A stretch of 64,000 nucleotides of DNA from a virus: IMG/VR virus record IMGVR_UViG_3300045988_111426; one strand, 5' to 3'. The position numbers and the translations under genes are program-made. Below the pieces are notes generated by a model, which saw only the letters and a program-made list of their open reading frames with translations, made no database searches and was not told the origin of the DNA. Shown one piece after another: positions 41,500 through 50,818 of the stretch (position 1 is its first letter; the number at the start of each line of letters is the position of its first letter).

Positions 41500-41961
41500 T
41501 TAACCATAGATCATCGTGTAAAGCTTTGATCTTAATCTGTTGATGAATGTTTGAGGGAAGAGGTCAGAAATCTTGAAGTTTCCGTGTTGCCCATTTATGA
41601 CAGATCCCCAACCTTTACTTTTCCCAATCTGACGTGAAGCAAGGATAACGTTGTGCCTGTAATACTGAAGCTGTTGGATGATTCTTGTCTGATATGGTCT
41701 CAGTTTGATATGCTTGATACCATCATCAGTTTTTACCTTGGCCAGATTTTCTGAGAAGTACAAGACAGAATCTTGAACCTTTGCAAGTTCAAGAAGTTCA
41801 TCCTCTGTGTATGAGAAGTTGATACGTGGTTTCCTCAAGCGAACATCACCACTATAAAACGGATTCTTCTTGGGAAGTACACCCTTGTCGTTGAATTCCT
41901 GTATGAGCTTCTCTACACGTTCTGTAGACCACAGCATGTTCTCTACAACCTTCTTCGCCAT
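41500..41961 (-). CDS. terminase large subunit, N-terminal fragment ending just after Walker A
   Basis: 153 aa. LYFSENLAKVKTDDGIKHIKLRPYQTRIIQQLQYYRHNVILASRQIGKS parallels T4 gp17 VYFAETY..IKVQLRDYQRDML..NLSRQLGKT. The sequence diverges right after GKS and stops 37 codons later. Confidence 0.7.
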   Translation of the reverse strand: MAKKVVENMLWSTERVEKLIQEFNDKGVLPKKNPFYSGDVRLRKPRINFSYTEDELLELAKVQDSVLYFSENLAKVKTDDGIKHIKLRPYQTRIIQQLQYYRHNVILASRQIGKSKGWGSVINGQHGNFKISDLFPQTFINRLRSKLYTMIYG

Positions 41962-41995
41962 ATGTTGGTTTTTCTTTATATTTTCAAAAAGACGA

Positions 41996-42029
41996 GTGTC
42001 GGAGATGCCTTCTTTGACACCTCCGACAC
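41996..42029 (-). terminator. intrinsic terminator
   Basis: GTGTCGGAG..CTCCGACAC. The minus strand continues TCGTCTTTTTG. Confidence 0.65.
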
Positions 42030-42052
42030 CTTTTATCTTCTCTTCGTTTTTG

Positions 42053-42676
42053 TTATTTCTCCCAAAGTGGGGAATAATCGTGCTTATCGAGTTCTTTCTT
42101 TACACGTTCCCAATATTTCCCAGCTTCTGGATCTGTTCCACTGATGTCGTGACGTGACCAGATTCTACAAGCCATTTCATAGGACATCTTCTTGTTATAC
42201 TTCTTCTGAGTTATGAGGAACATCTGCACCGCCTTCTTGGGGTCAAGTCGATCCTCATATTTGAAAGCAGAATCTGTCGACAGGTTACAATCATCAACGT
42301 TGATTCTTGACTGTTGAAGAAGACCTTTATACTTTCCGCTCTTGGAGACCATGTTTGGAATCCCACGAGATTCAACATGTGCTATTGCGGAAAGTAGTGG
42401 CTTGAATTTTTCATAGACTTCGATGTATTCATAAGAATAAACGTAGTCGGGGAACTTTGAAGAATCGACCTTCAAGGGAGCTTCGATCTCTTGTTCGATC
42501 GTGATTACAGATTCTAATGAATCCTGTGGTAGAGAATCTACAACAGTCGATTCAAGAGCGGTAGTGTCAGTGATAGATTTACCAGAACTACCATTACAGC
42601 TTTTTACACAGATCACTGTAATCACAAACAAAAGTACTACAGCACCTACGAGATAGATTGTTTTTTTCTGTTTCAT
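42053..42676 (-). CDS. lytic transglycosylase (SLT-domain) lipoprotein
   Basis: 207 aa. Signal peptide plus lipobox-like VKSC. SLT motif AIAHVESRGIPNMVSKSGKYKGLLQQ. Confidence 0.65.
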   Translation of the reverse strand: MKQKKTIYLVGAVVLLFVITVICVKSCNGSSGKSITDTTALESTVVDSLPQDSLESVITIEQEIEAPLKVDSSKFPDYVYSYEYIEVYEKFKPLLSAIAHVESRGIPNMVSKSGKYKGLLQQSRINVDDCNLSTDSAFKYEDRLDPKKAVQMFLITQKKYNKKMSYEMACRIWSRHDISGTDPEAGKYWERVKKELDKHDYSPLWEK

Positions 42677-42688
42677 TAGTCGTATTAA

Positions 42689-44296
42689 TTAAAAGATAGT
42701 TTCTGATTCTTTGATTTCCATAGCACCCTCCTTTGTTATGTCAACATTGTAGGATTCTACTATCAAATCTTCAGATCTGTAGTATTCAAGTCTCGACTTT
42801 GACCAATTCTGCATGAAACACTTCTTGGTTTCCTTTTGTCCAGTCATCGGATTTGACCTTACCACAGTAGTATCTTCTGTTATATCGTAAAAGTATGACA
42901 TTTCCTTACCATCCGAAAGTCTCAAAAGTCGACCAGATGATTGGTTGAGAAGAATATCACTCTTAATTGCTTCACCAGTGACGACATTCACGAGGTTTTT
43001 AATCGATTGCCCAGTAGAGAAAACTGAGTAATTCGCCACGAGAATCGATTGACCTTCCGTGTCGTTTCTCATGTAGTCTTTTATCACTTCTCTTTCATTG
43101 GAGGAAATGTCGCCATCAATATAGAACACTTTCTTGGAAAGTCCTCTTTGGAAAGATATCTCTTGAAGTCTTTCGTAGATCTTTCGACCATAGCCACCCT
43201 TTTTGTCATTGAAGTAGACAAGGGTGTTACCTTTCAAGGAGCATATGAACTGACACTTCCATTCAAGAAGACGCTTATGATTTCGGATGAACTGTTGTTC
43301 ATATCTCAGTGACTTCTCACCATCTTCGATATAGTCCTTTTCGGATGATAAAGCAATGAGTTCTGATCTACTACAGAACTTGACGTTTATCATTCTGATC
43401 GTTATGTTAGTCGCTGCACCTCTATTGATCAGATCAGTTTTCTTGATAACTCTCACAACTGGTCCGAAGTTCTCTTCAACGGTGAACTCATCGGCATCAC
43501 CTTTTCCCTTGTAGAATGAACCCGAACATCCAAGAAGGTTCTCAACCGCACCACACTTTGCAATGATTTGTTTGATTGTGGTGGCAACGGATCTGTGTGC
43601 TTCGTCACAGATTACAGTGTCAAACTTCTCAAAGAACTCATCGGGGAGGTTTATTAATGATGCAAAGTTTCCAATTGCGTGTGGGAAGTCGTTCGCAGAG
43701 AGTTTGTCCTTAGAACCTCCGTGGATCATTGCCACTTTTAGGTTGTATTTTCCACAAGCATAATCTCGCCATTCATCATAAGACTGAATGACAAGACCTG
43801 GGTCGGGTTCAATGATAAGGATGTTCTTCGAGATTTTCAAGTATCTCAGAAGCATCATGTACATGTACATGATCAACGTTTTACCACCACTCGTTGCGAC
43901 CTCTACACAACTGAAACGAGACCTGATTGCTTTATAGACAGTGTCAATCTGATAGTCGTATGGTCTGATCTTTGGATGACAAGAGAGAAGCTTCTTACAG
44001 AACTTTTCTACAAATTCATAGGTGATCTCCTCACGGATGAAACCATCAAAGTTCTCAAACTCAAGAGGAAACTGGTATTTCTCACACATTTCTATGAGCT
44101 TCGACCACATCGTTGATCTTATCCGCTTCCCTTTGTAGATGTACGCCACGATACCATTCCAACCTTTGAACTTCTTCTTCATGAAATGGTAGTTTTTTAC
44201 TTTCCTATGGAAGTAGTCGTTTGTCTGTAGCATTTCGCCTTCATTTTCATAATGAAGGTCGATGAACATCTTGTCTTCAGAAAGTATTGCTTTCAT
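42689..44296 (-). CDS. SF2 DEAH-box DNA helicase (UvsW/Res-subunit-like)
   Basis: Walker A VATSGGKTLIM, DEAH box VICDEAH, motif VI QSSGRLLRL. The track start 44305 is TTG. The first ATG is at 44296. Confidence 0.75.
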   Translation of the reverse strand: MKAILSEDKMFIDLHYENEGEMLQTNDYFHRKVKNYHFMKKKFKGWNGIVAYIYKGKRIRSTMWSKLIEMCEKYQFPLEFENFDGFIREEITYEFVEKFCKKLLSCHPKIRPYDYQIDTVYKAIRSRFSCVEVATSGGKTLIMYMYMMLLRYLKISKNILIIEPDPGLVIQSYDEWRDYACGKYNLKVAMIHGGSKDKLSANDFPHAIGNFASLINLPDEFFEKFDTVICDEAHRSVATTIKQIIAKCGAVENLLGCSGSFYKGKGDADEFTVEENFGPVVRVIKKTDLINRGAATNITIRMINVKFCSRSELIALSSEKDYIEDGEKSLRYEQQFIRNHKRLLEWKCQFICSLKGNTLVYFNDKKGGYGRKIYERLQEISFQRGLSKKVFYIDGDISSNEREVIKDYMRNDTEGQSILVANYSVFSTGQSIKNLVNVVTGEAIKSDILLNQSSGRLLRLSDGKEMSYFYDITEDTTVVRSNPMTGQKETKKCFMQNWSKSRLEYYRSEDLIVESYNVDITKEGAMEIKESETIF

Positions 44297-44307
44297 TGTC
44301 TTCAAAC

Positions 44308-44356
44308 AGATCGTTGCGTACCTACTTTCTTATATTTTGTAGATACGCAACGATCT
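44308..44356 (-). promoter_or_regulatory. 13-bp inverted repeat AGATCGTTGCGTA/TACGCAACGATCT enclosing class-2 motif ATATAAGAAAGTAGG
   Basis: Immediately upstream of the helicase start (44296). The motif sits in the loop of the palindrome. Confidence 0.4.
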
Positions 44357-44380
44357 ATAAACAGTTATTTATGAACCTGT

Positions 44381-44923
44381 TTATTTAGATTGTTTGTCCT
44401 TTAAGAAAGTCTTCTTTAAGAAATCTTCATCGACGTACTTGACGATATAAGAGGTGGATTCGAGAAGTTCATAGATGAACTGGATCTCATCGACGTAAAC
44501 ACCTTCCGATATGTTCTTGTAGATCTTCTCACCAACAGTGAAGAATGTCTCTTCATCCCGAGCATTCATCAGACTTTCAACGTCTGCCTTGTATTCTTGG
44601 GATTTGTATTCGTGTCGATTTATGCATTCGATCACATTCTCATAGTTCTCGAGATTGAACTTATAAGCATTCATCACAGACTTGTAGAAACTGTACTTAG
44701 TCCTCGCATCGAGGAAGTTCTTATAAGTGATCGCATGAACATAGAACATTGCGACGACACTTACCGAGATGATGAATCTTAATCTGTACAAAGATGAAGG
44801 ATCACGATCAACTGCATAGAACACGAGGTAGAGAATGATGACGAGACATAGGAGATCGAAGAACATTTTCCCCAACCATGTGTAATAGTTGTTACGTGCT
44901 TTTGTGTACCCAGATTTCTTCAT
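44381..44923 (-). CDS. hypothetical membrane protein
   Basis: 180 aa with two hydrophobic helices (FFDLLCLVIILYLVFYAV and FIISVSVVAMFYVHAI). Confidence 0.6.
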   Translation of the reverse strand: MKKSGYTKARNNYYTWLGKMFFDLLCLVIILYLVFYAVDRDPSSLYRLRFIISVSVVAMFYVHAITYKNFLDARTKYSFYKSVMNAYKFNLENYENVIECINRHEYKSQEYKADVESLMNARDEETFFTVGEKIYKNISEGVYVDEIQFIYELLESTSYIVKYVDEDFLKKTFLKDKQSK

Positions 44924-44965
44924 TTGTTCGTTGTTGTTAAAAGTTGCTTATTGATTGATGATTAG

Positions 44966-45487
44966 TTAGTAGTTTTTACGATATTCTTCAAACTGGATGA
45001 CGTACGTGAAGCCGTAGATCATATCAGTCAAGTTCTTTACGGAATCCGTTATAAACTGGATGTGGTTATCAAGTGTGTCCACAACGAGTTGCATGTCAGA
45101 AAGATTTCCATCAAGAATCATCCTGCGCTCTGTGTCATTTGAAGGACGAATCCCATCTTCATTGCTACCCACCTTATACGATATCATCTCCTTCTTTTTC
45201 ATTTTTGCCATTTCTGCAACAATGAAAGATTGATCATCAAGGATGAGTTGCTTTCTTGTGATGAGCTTTTGTCTATAATTGTAGAACTTAGAACTTATCT
45301 TCGAAAGATCACCAATGGAAACCATCGACTTGGAGAATGATGAGATAGCGTTCGATATGGATGAGACATCCTTTGCCTTTCTACCACAAGAATACTCGTA
45401 GATTTCCGAGGTGTCTTGAAGTATGCCGTTTGTGAGAAGATATCTTACGGAATGTGAGAATTCTTCAAGGTTTATTTCTTTCTCCAT
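44966..45487 (-). CDS. hypothetical protein
   Basis: 173-aa ORF in the same operon-like run. Confidence 0.6.
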   Translation of the reverse strand: MEKEINLEEFSHSVRYLLTNGILQDTSEIYEYSCGRKAKDVSSISNAISSFSKSMVSIGDLSKISSKFYNYRQKLITRKQLILDDQSFIVAEMAKMKKKEMISYKVGSNEDGIRPSNDTERRMILDGNLSDMQLVVDTLDNHIQFITDSVKNLTDMIYGFTYVIQFEEYRKNY

Positions 45488-45503
45488 TTTGCTACCAAGC
45501 CGT

Positions 45504-45743
45504 TTACCAGAGAGGTTTGTTCTTGTTTTTCTTTGTTTCTATTATTCTTATAACACTTTCAGTAGCATCTTCTTGTTTTACACTTTTCTCGAAGTCGATG
45601 TCCATTTCTTTGTCGATTGACTTCGATTCTATAACGCCAGTGTCAATATCGAAGTCCACTTTGAGTTTTATTGTCCCAGATTCATCCTCGAGGTCATCAA
45701 AGGAATCTGGGACAATAAAGCTTCTACTTCTGGTTGTACTCAT
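45504..45743 (-). CDS. hypothetical small acidic protein
   Basis: An ATG at 45743 gives a 79-aa product. It overlaps the SbcC-like stop by 20 nt. The longer track ORF (to 45839) is mostly inside the upstream gene. Confidence 0.4.
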   Translation of the reverse strand: MSTTRSRSFIVPDSFDDLEDESGTIKLKVDFDIDTGVIESKSIDKEMDIDFEKSVKQEDATESVIRIIETKKNKNKPLW

Positions 45744-48348
45744 CAATTGATCGAATCTGAAGACGTGAGAAGTGGTCAACCATCTCAAGTTCAAAGATAT
45801 TATCGAAGAACGACGAGGAAATGAAAGAGTGGTTGACAAGGAACACGTGCAGTTTCATCTCCGCCTTGAGTTCACGGTGAATGATTTCCATCATCTGAGA
45901 AACGGCAGATGTGTGGAGCGACGAGAAGATCTCATCATAGAACACGATGTTAATACCACCACATTTCGAAATCAAGAACTTCGTAATTGTGAAGATGATA
46001 GCAGAATCGATCATCTTTGTCTGCCCAGTGGAGATTGATGATGTCGAAACCTGCTTGCCAAATCTAAAAATCGAAGGCTTGAAATTATCGTCAAATCTGA
46101 CAACGAGAGGTATCTCAAGATTGGAGAGGATGTCGTTGACTGACTTGTTGATGTAAGGGACTACGTTGCGGATAATGTAGGACTTCACACCATCGTCAGA
46201 GATAATGTTCTCCATGACGTTATAAAATCTGATCGATTTGTAACAACGCTTGATATTCTCACGAGTTTCCTCAAGTTTATCGTCATACTTCTTTATTACA
46301 GACTTCTTTGCTTCGATCTGAGATTCTTCTGCAACATTGATCTTGGAGATCTCGATCTTGATCTCCGAAATCTCTGACTTCAAAGTGTTGATCTTCTTGG
46401 AAAAATCACGGATCTTCTGATCAATCTGGGAGAACTCGGAATCTGGGAGAAGGTCGGATTCTGTGAAATCTTCGAAGTCTCCATCGATAAGTCTCATCTT
46501 CGCATTCTCCATTGCGAGGTTTTTATGAGAGATTTCCTCGATCTTCTGACGAATATCCTCGTTGTACTTCTCTCTTATGGATTCCAGATAGGACTTTTCG
46601 CCTATGAGTTCTTCTTCAGATTCTTCTGGGATTTCCACATCAGAATCTTCAACGTCGGAGACTTGATCAATGATGTAGTTCATCTTAGAAATCTGTGAAT
46701 CTCTTAAAGACTTCTTTTCAGAGATCTTCGACTTCAACTCATCGATTGGTGTGTCATAATCGACATTTTCCGAAGATTCGAGAACATCCTCTTGGGAAAG
46801 ATCGTTCTGGAGAAGAAGTGTGGAGATTTCCTTATCAATGTCTTCAACACCGATCTTCGAATCTTCGATGTCCGTGTCGATGTTTCTTATTCTCGAGGTC
46901 AGGTTCGTGATCTTCTCGTTATACTCAGAAACGATCGACCTGTATTCTTTCTTGCTCTCTTCAAGTTCTGAGATGCGAGATTCGATATTCTCAAGTTCAT
47001 CCTCGAATTCACCGATCTTGGACAGAGACTGAGGATCTTTGAACTCCGATCCACATTGATCGCAATGACCAGATTCATAAGTCTCCTTCTTTCTCTTTAT
47101 AGACTTGTACGAAACGTGAAGATCCGCAATTTTCGTAGAAAGATCGTCGACAGTCTTTTGAGCATCATCACGCTTCTGTACAGCATCATCTTTGTCTTTC
47201 TCAAGATCTTCCTTTTCCTTTACAAGAGAAGTTATGGTTTCACGAAGATGATCGGATTCATTAATCTTCGATCGAATATCTTGCTTTACGTGATAAACAG
47301 ACCTCTCGGAGATGAGCACAGAAAGTCTCTCCTCATGTGTGGAAATCTCCGACTTCAAAGCGTCGATTTCTCCCTGTAACTTTTCTGCTTCCTCCATTGC
47401 TTTCACTTTCCTTGCATATTCTCTATGCTTAGAATGTAAAGCGATCTTTGAAGATACCTCCGAAAGCTTCTTCTTTGATTCTTCAGATTCCTCTTCGAGT
47501 GAATCTTTGTATTCGTTTATTTTCGATATGTCTTCCGATAATCTTTGTATATCTTCCTTGAGCTTCTCGTTCTTCCTCTTATTCTCATACGAGAGATGAC
47601 GATGACGCTTGTTCTCGAGGTCAGAAATAGTCTCGTCGGTTTCCTTGATCTCCGCTTTCTTCTCCTCGATTTTTCCTTCAAGTTCATCGATCTTCTCTCG
47701 AGAATCGCTATTTGCTTCAAGTTCTTCAATCTCTGCACGTAGATCATCACGAGTTTCTTCAAGAGATTGAAGCGAGAGAAGGTTGGTCTTGTGGATTTCC
47801 GATTGAGATTTCAGAGAAAGTTTCAAGCTTTCCATCATGTCATTCAAGACATAGAAGCCGAAGATTCTGTCACGAATGTTTCTCGTGTCCTTTGGAGACA
47901 TTGACAGGAATGACTTGAAGTCATTGACCGAGAGACTGAGGATGTTGGAGAAGATGTGATAAGGAATGTCAACAACATCCGACTTTATCATCTTCTTTGT
48001 ATCTGGAATCTTCCCCCAGTCTTGCTCTATTCCGTTCTTATAAACACGGATCGTGGACAGCTTTGTACGAGTGTATTCCGATTCGATCCTCCAGTCATTT
48101 CCTTTCGATTCGATATCGATCGAGAGGAATCCGTTGCCGTTTATATCGTTTGCGATACTGTCCATTGTGACACCATCAGCATCGAAATAAAGAGCTAACT
48201 TATGGAGCTTGATAAAAGATGACTTCCCACAACCATTCTTCCCAAGGATCATGTTGAGAGAACCATCACCAAGATTGTCATAATCGACGACCATCTTCTT
48301 ATTACCAAACGAGAAGATGTTCTGAAACTCTATCTTTTTAATTTTCAT
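45724..48348 (-). CDS. SbcC/Rad50-type recombination ATPase (T4 gp46-like)
   Basis: 874 aa. Walker A LGKNGCGKSS. Long coiled coil with Zn hook HCDQCG. Signature SISTGQTKM. Walker B NIVFYDEIF. Confidence 0.85.
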   Translation of the reverse strand: MKIKKIEFQNIFSFGNKKMVVDYDNLGDGSLNMILGKNGCGKSSFIKLHKLALYFDADGVTMDSIANDINGNGFLSIDIESKGNDWRIESEYTRTKLSTIRVYKNGIEQDWGKIPDTKKMIKSDVVDIPYHIFSNILSLSVNDFKSFLSMSPKDTRNIRDRIFGFYVLNDMMESLKLSLKSQSEIHKTNLLSLQSLEETRDDLRAEIEELEANSDSREKIDELEGKIEEKKAEIKETDETISDLENKRHRHLSYENKRKNEKLKEDIQRLSEDISKINEYKDSLEEESEESKKKLSEVSSKIALHSKHREYARKVKAMEEAEKLQGEIDALKSEISTHEERLSVLISERSVYHVKQDIRSKINESDHLRETITSLVKEKEDLEKDKDDAVQKRDDAQKTVDDLSTKIADLHVSYKSIKRKKETYESGHCDQCGSEFKDPQSLSKIGEFEDELENIESRISELEESKKEYRSIVSEYNEKITNLTSRIRNIDTDIEDSKIGVEDIDKEISTLLLQNDLSQEDVLESSENVDYDTPIDELKSKISEKKSLRDSQISKMNYIIDQVSDVEDSDVEIPEESEEELIGEKSYLESIREKYNEDIRQKIEEISHKNLAMENAKMRLIDGDFEDFTESDLLPDSEFSQIDQKIRDFSKKINTLKSEISEIKIEISKINVAEESQIEAKKSVIKKYDDKLEETRENIKRCYKSIRFYNVMENIISDDGVKSYIIRNVVPYINKSVNDILSNLEIPLVVRFDDNFKPSIFRFGKQVSTSSISTGQTKMIDSAIIFTITKFLISKCGGINIVFYDEIFSSLHTSAVSQMMEIIHRELKAEMKLHVFLVNHSFISSSFFDNIFELEMVDHFSRLQIRSIDEYNQK

Positions 48349-48366
48349 TGTTGTTGCTTACTGCCA

Positions 48367-49569
48367 TTATTCTTGATCTTCGGGCTTTGACTTTTCAGAG
48401 ACTGAATCGTAGATCTTCTTCAGCGATTCTTGTATCTTCAACTTTGCTTTTTCAGACAAGGGAATCAGCGTGCCTTGGATGACAACTGAATCAATGCTTT
48501 CGATATAGTCATTGATGTAGCTAAAAATGTCGGATGATAGTTCTACGTTCGAGATATCTTGGAGGTCGTCATCATCTTCCAAGTCAACACTTTCTCCACC
48601 AATCTTTTGATTTTTATCGAACACCTGCTTGTAGTCGATCTTCTTATAACCTTCTACAGATTGGGTTATACGTGGTGTCTGGAATCTCATAATGGTGTCG
48701 TTAGGACACTGAACGACGACCTTGTTGCCTTTCACAAATTCCAATGCTTCTGATCTCCGCATGTCGAGGAACTTGAAGAGGTCTATTTTCACATATCTCG
48801 AAGATACCTTGTTCTCAATCTTCTGAATCTTTCCAGTCTCGGTGTCAAGAATAACTATTTGTGGAACATTTCTCCATTCGTTAACTCTTGTATGATAAGC
48901 ACTTCCAACATAGGTGATATTTGCACTGTCTTGTGGCTTGTGAATATGACCCATGAAGACATGCTTGAACCTTTCAAACTCAGACATTGGTAAAGAGTGA
49001 ATCTCAGAAACTTCCTTGCCTTCATAATGGAAGCCAGAGATCTCGTCATGACCAAAGATGTAAGAAGAATCTTCACAAAGATCAACTGCCTTCTTGAACA
49101 GCTCCTTATTCCCATAATTAGGTAAGAGGAAAGCAGGTGTTCCAGATTCTGTGAGGATCTTTGTGATGTTCGGGATGACATTCACTCTTGGAATGAGAGA
49201 GATTGATTTGTTGTTGTTGATATGACGGATGTCCTTATAAACAGTGTCGTGATTCCCAACAAGAACATAAACGTCGTTCTTTGATGCAAGTCTTAAGAAG
49301 ATATCAATGACGTTGTTCCCAGTAAGTGTTCCAACAGATGACTTATTATCAAAGACATCACCCATCTGAATGATCGACACGTTCCCTCCGCATTTCTCAT
49401 TCATTCTCTCGAGAAGTGGGAACAAGAACTCGTGAAAATATCTCACACTTTCATCGAGTTCGGACTGATCATTAGAAGCACGACCAAAGTGTAAGTCACC
49501 AATCAGTAGAAGATACCTTTTTAATCTGTTGTCGTCTATTGTTGTCAAGTTTGTTGTTACATTTTCCAT
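48367..49569 (-). CDS. SbcD/Mre11-type nuclease (T4 gp47-like)
   Basis: 400 aa. Phosphoesterase motifs IGDLHFG, MGDVFD, VGNHD and MGHIH. Immediately upstream of the SbcC-like gene. Confidence 0.85.
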   Translation of the reverse strand: MENVTTNLTTIDDNRLKRYLLLIGDLHFGRASNDQSELDESVRYFHEFLFPLLERMNEKCGGNVSIIQMGDVFDNKSSVGTLTGNNVIDIFLRLASKNDVYVLVGNHDTVYKDIRHINNNKSISLIPRVNVIPNITKILTESGTPAFLLPNYGNKELFKKAVDLCEDSSYIFGHDEISGFHYEGKEVSEIHSLPMSEFERFKHVFMGHIHKPQDSANITYVGSAYHTRVNEWRNVPQIVILDTETGKIQKIENKVSSRYVKIDLFKFLDMRRSEALEFVKGNKVVVQCPNDTIMRFQTPRITQSVEGYKKIDYKQVFDKNQKIGGESVDLEDDDDLQDISNVELSSDIFSYINDYIESIDSVVIQGTLIPLSEKAKLKIQESLKKIYDSVSEKSKPEDQE

Positions 49570-49584
49570 CTTTATACGAAATTT

Positions 49585-49600
49585 CCACTTCTCTTATATG
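49585..49600 (-). promoter_or_regulatory. class-2 upstream motif CATATAAGAGAAGTGG
   Basis: 15 nt upstream of the Mre11-like ATG (49569), just after the terminator at 49600-49646. Confidence 0.35.
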
Positions 49601-49646
49601 TTTTGTCGTGACGATGTGGTAGAAAAACCAATCGTCACGACAAAAC
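49600..49646 (-). terminator. terminator hairpin
   Basis: 16-bp stem GTTTTGTCGTGACGAT/ATCGTCACGACAAAAC downstream of gene 49674-50024. Confidence 0.6.
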
Positions 49647-49673
49647 GAAAAAATAAGCAACTAAAGATCGGTT

Positions 49674-50024
49674 TTATCTGTGAGTGATATACTGCACAAA
49701 CCTCTGTACAACATCCTCAACAGTAGCAGATTCGCTTATGGTTTCCATCACACTCTGGTTCTCGTCATGGTACTTGCCGTAGACTGACGTGTCACAAAGA
49801 GCATAGAGAATGCCGTCTGTCATTGTACAGATCGTATACGTCTTTTCTATACCTTCTTGAGAGATATTACAATCGACGTGGACAGATTTGCCTTCGTGTA
49901 GAGAAACTGACACACGAAGATCATCGAAGTAGATACCGTTATCTAACAATGACGATTTTATAGAATCGTGAAAGAGATTGATGACCTCATGATTCAGATT
50001 CTTCAATAGTTCTAAGACTTTCAT
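49674..50024 (-). CDS. hypothetical protein
   Basis: 116-aa ORF with a 16-bp-stem hairpin downstream. Confidence 0.55.
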   Translation of the reverse strand: MKVLELLKNLNHEVINLFHDSIKSSLLDNGIYFDDLRVSVSLHEGKSVHVDCNISQEGIEKTYTICTMTDGILYALCDTSVYGKYHDENQSVMETISESATVEDVVQRFVQYITHR

Positions 50025-50131
50025 ATAGAGAAGAGTTGGTTTTGTTCATAGTTTTTATATGGATTGGGCTGTCGAGATTTCTCCCCCGACAGCCCAATTC
50101 GGATAAATGGTTATTTGAAAGAATAAGTTTT

Positions 50132-50716
50132 TTAGATGTCTTCTGCTCTGTATGACTTCACATTTTCACACTGGAACTTAAAACCAGTGATCTTATAGAT
50201 CGCTTCCTGTGTGTTGTTCAGTTCCCATGCAGGAAGATTTGACTTTGGGAACATGATCCCCACGTCGACGTGGCGGATAAGTCTGCCGATCTTGTCAGTG
50301 ACATCTATCGTACATTTCCCTGCATAGTCTTTCTTGAGAGATTGGAAGCCAGTGTTAGGATCATAACAGAGACGAAGCCAATCCTGCAGGAGGTTGTAAG
50401 GATAAGGAACGTTCGTTTCGGAATCCACGTTTACTTCAAAGTCAAACGACAGTTCCACCTTAGTATCAAGAATAGTACCAATGAACGATCTATCGTTATA
50501 GCGGAACTTCTGTGTGACAGTACCTGGTACCTTATCGAGATCAAGACCACCAATTTTCAACATCTGTTCGTGGAGAAGTTCTGCTGTACCATACTTTTCT
50601 TTGAGGATGTCTGGAAGTATGATGTTTGCAGAGAACTTCGTAAGGAACAATGGTTCATCCAGCGAATTATTCACTCTACTCTTGGAGAAGTGATAATCTC
50701 TTGTATTGTTACTCAT
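50132..50716 (-). CDS. tail tube protein (T4 gp19-like)
   Basis: 194 aa with late motif CTTAAATAAGCAAAATAT 23 nt upstream. LFLTKFSANIILP...VELSFDFEVN...VDVGIMFPKSNLPAWELNNTQEAIYKITGFKFQCE follows the gp19-family pattern. Confidence 0.5.
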   Translation of the reverse strand: MSNNTRDYHFSKSRVNNSLDEPLFLTKFSANIILPDILKEKYGTAELLHEQMLKIGGLDLDKVPGTVTQKFRYNDRSFIGTILDTKVELSFDFEVNVDSETNVPYPYNLLQDWLRLCYDPNTGFQSLKKDYAGKCTIDVTDKIGRLIRHVDVGIMFPKSNLPAWELNNTQEAIYKITGFKFQCENVKSYRAEDI

Positions 50717-50739
50717 ATTTTAATTCGTCTTTCTTTTAG

Positions 50740-50756
50740 ATATTTTGCTTATTTAA
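50740..50756 (-). promoter_or_regulatory. late-type upstream motif TTAAATAAGCAAAATAT
   Basis: 23 nt upstream of the ATG of the tube-like gene at 50716. Confidence 0.45.
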
Positions 50757-50780
50757 GGTGGTATATTTGCCCGACGGAAA

Positions 50781-50807
50781 CGTTTCTTTATTTTACATAA
50801 AGAAACG
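50781..50807. promoter_or_regulatory. perfect 11-bp palindrome CGTTTCTTTAT-n5-ATAAAGAAACG in a divergent region
   Basis: Between the starts at 50716 (-) and 50819 (+). Contains the ATAAAGAAA class-2-like core on both strands. Confidence 0.35.
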
Positions 50808-50818
50808 GAAAAATCATC

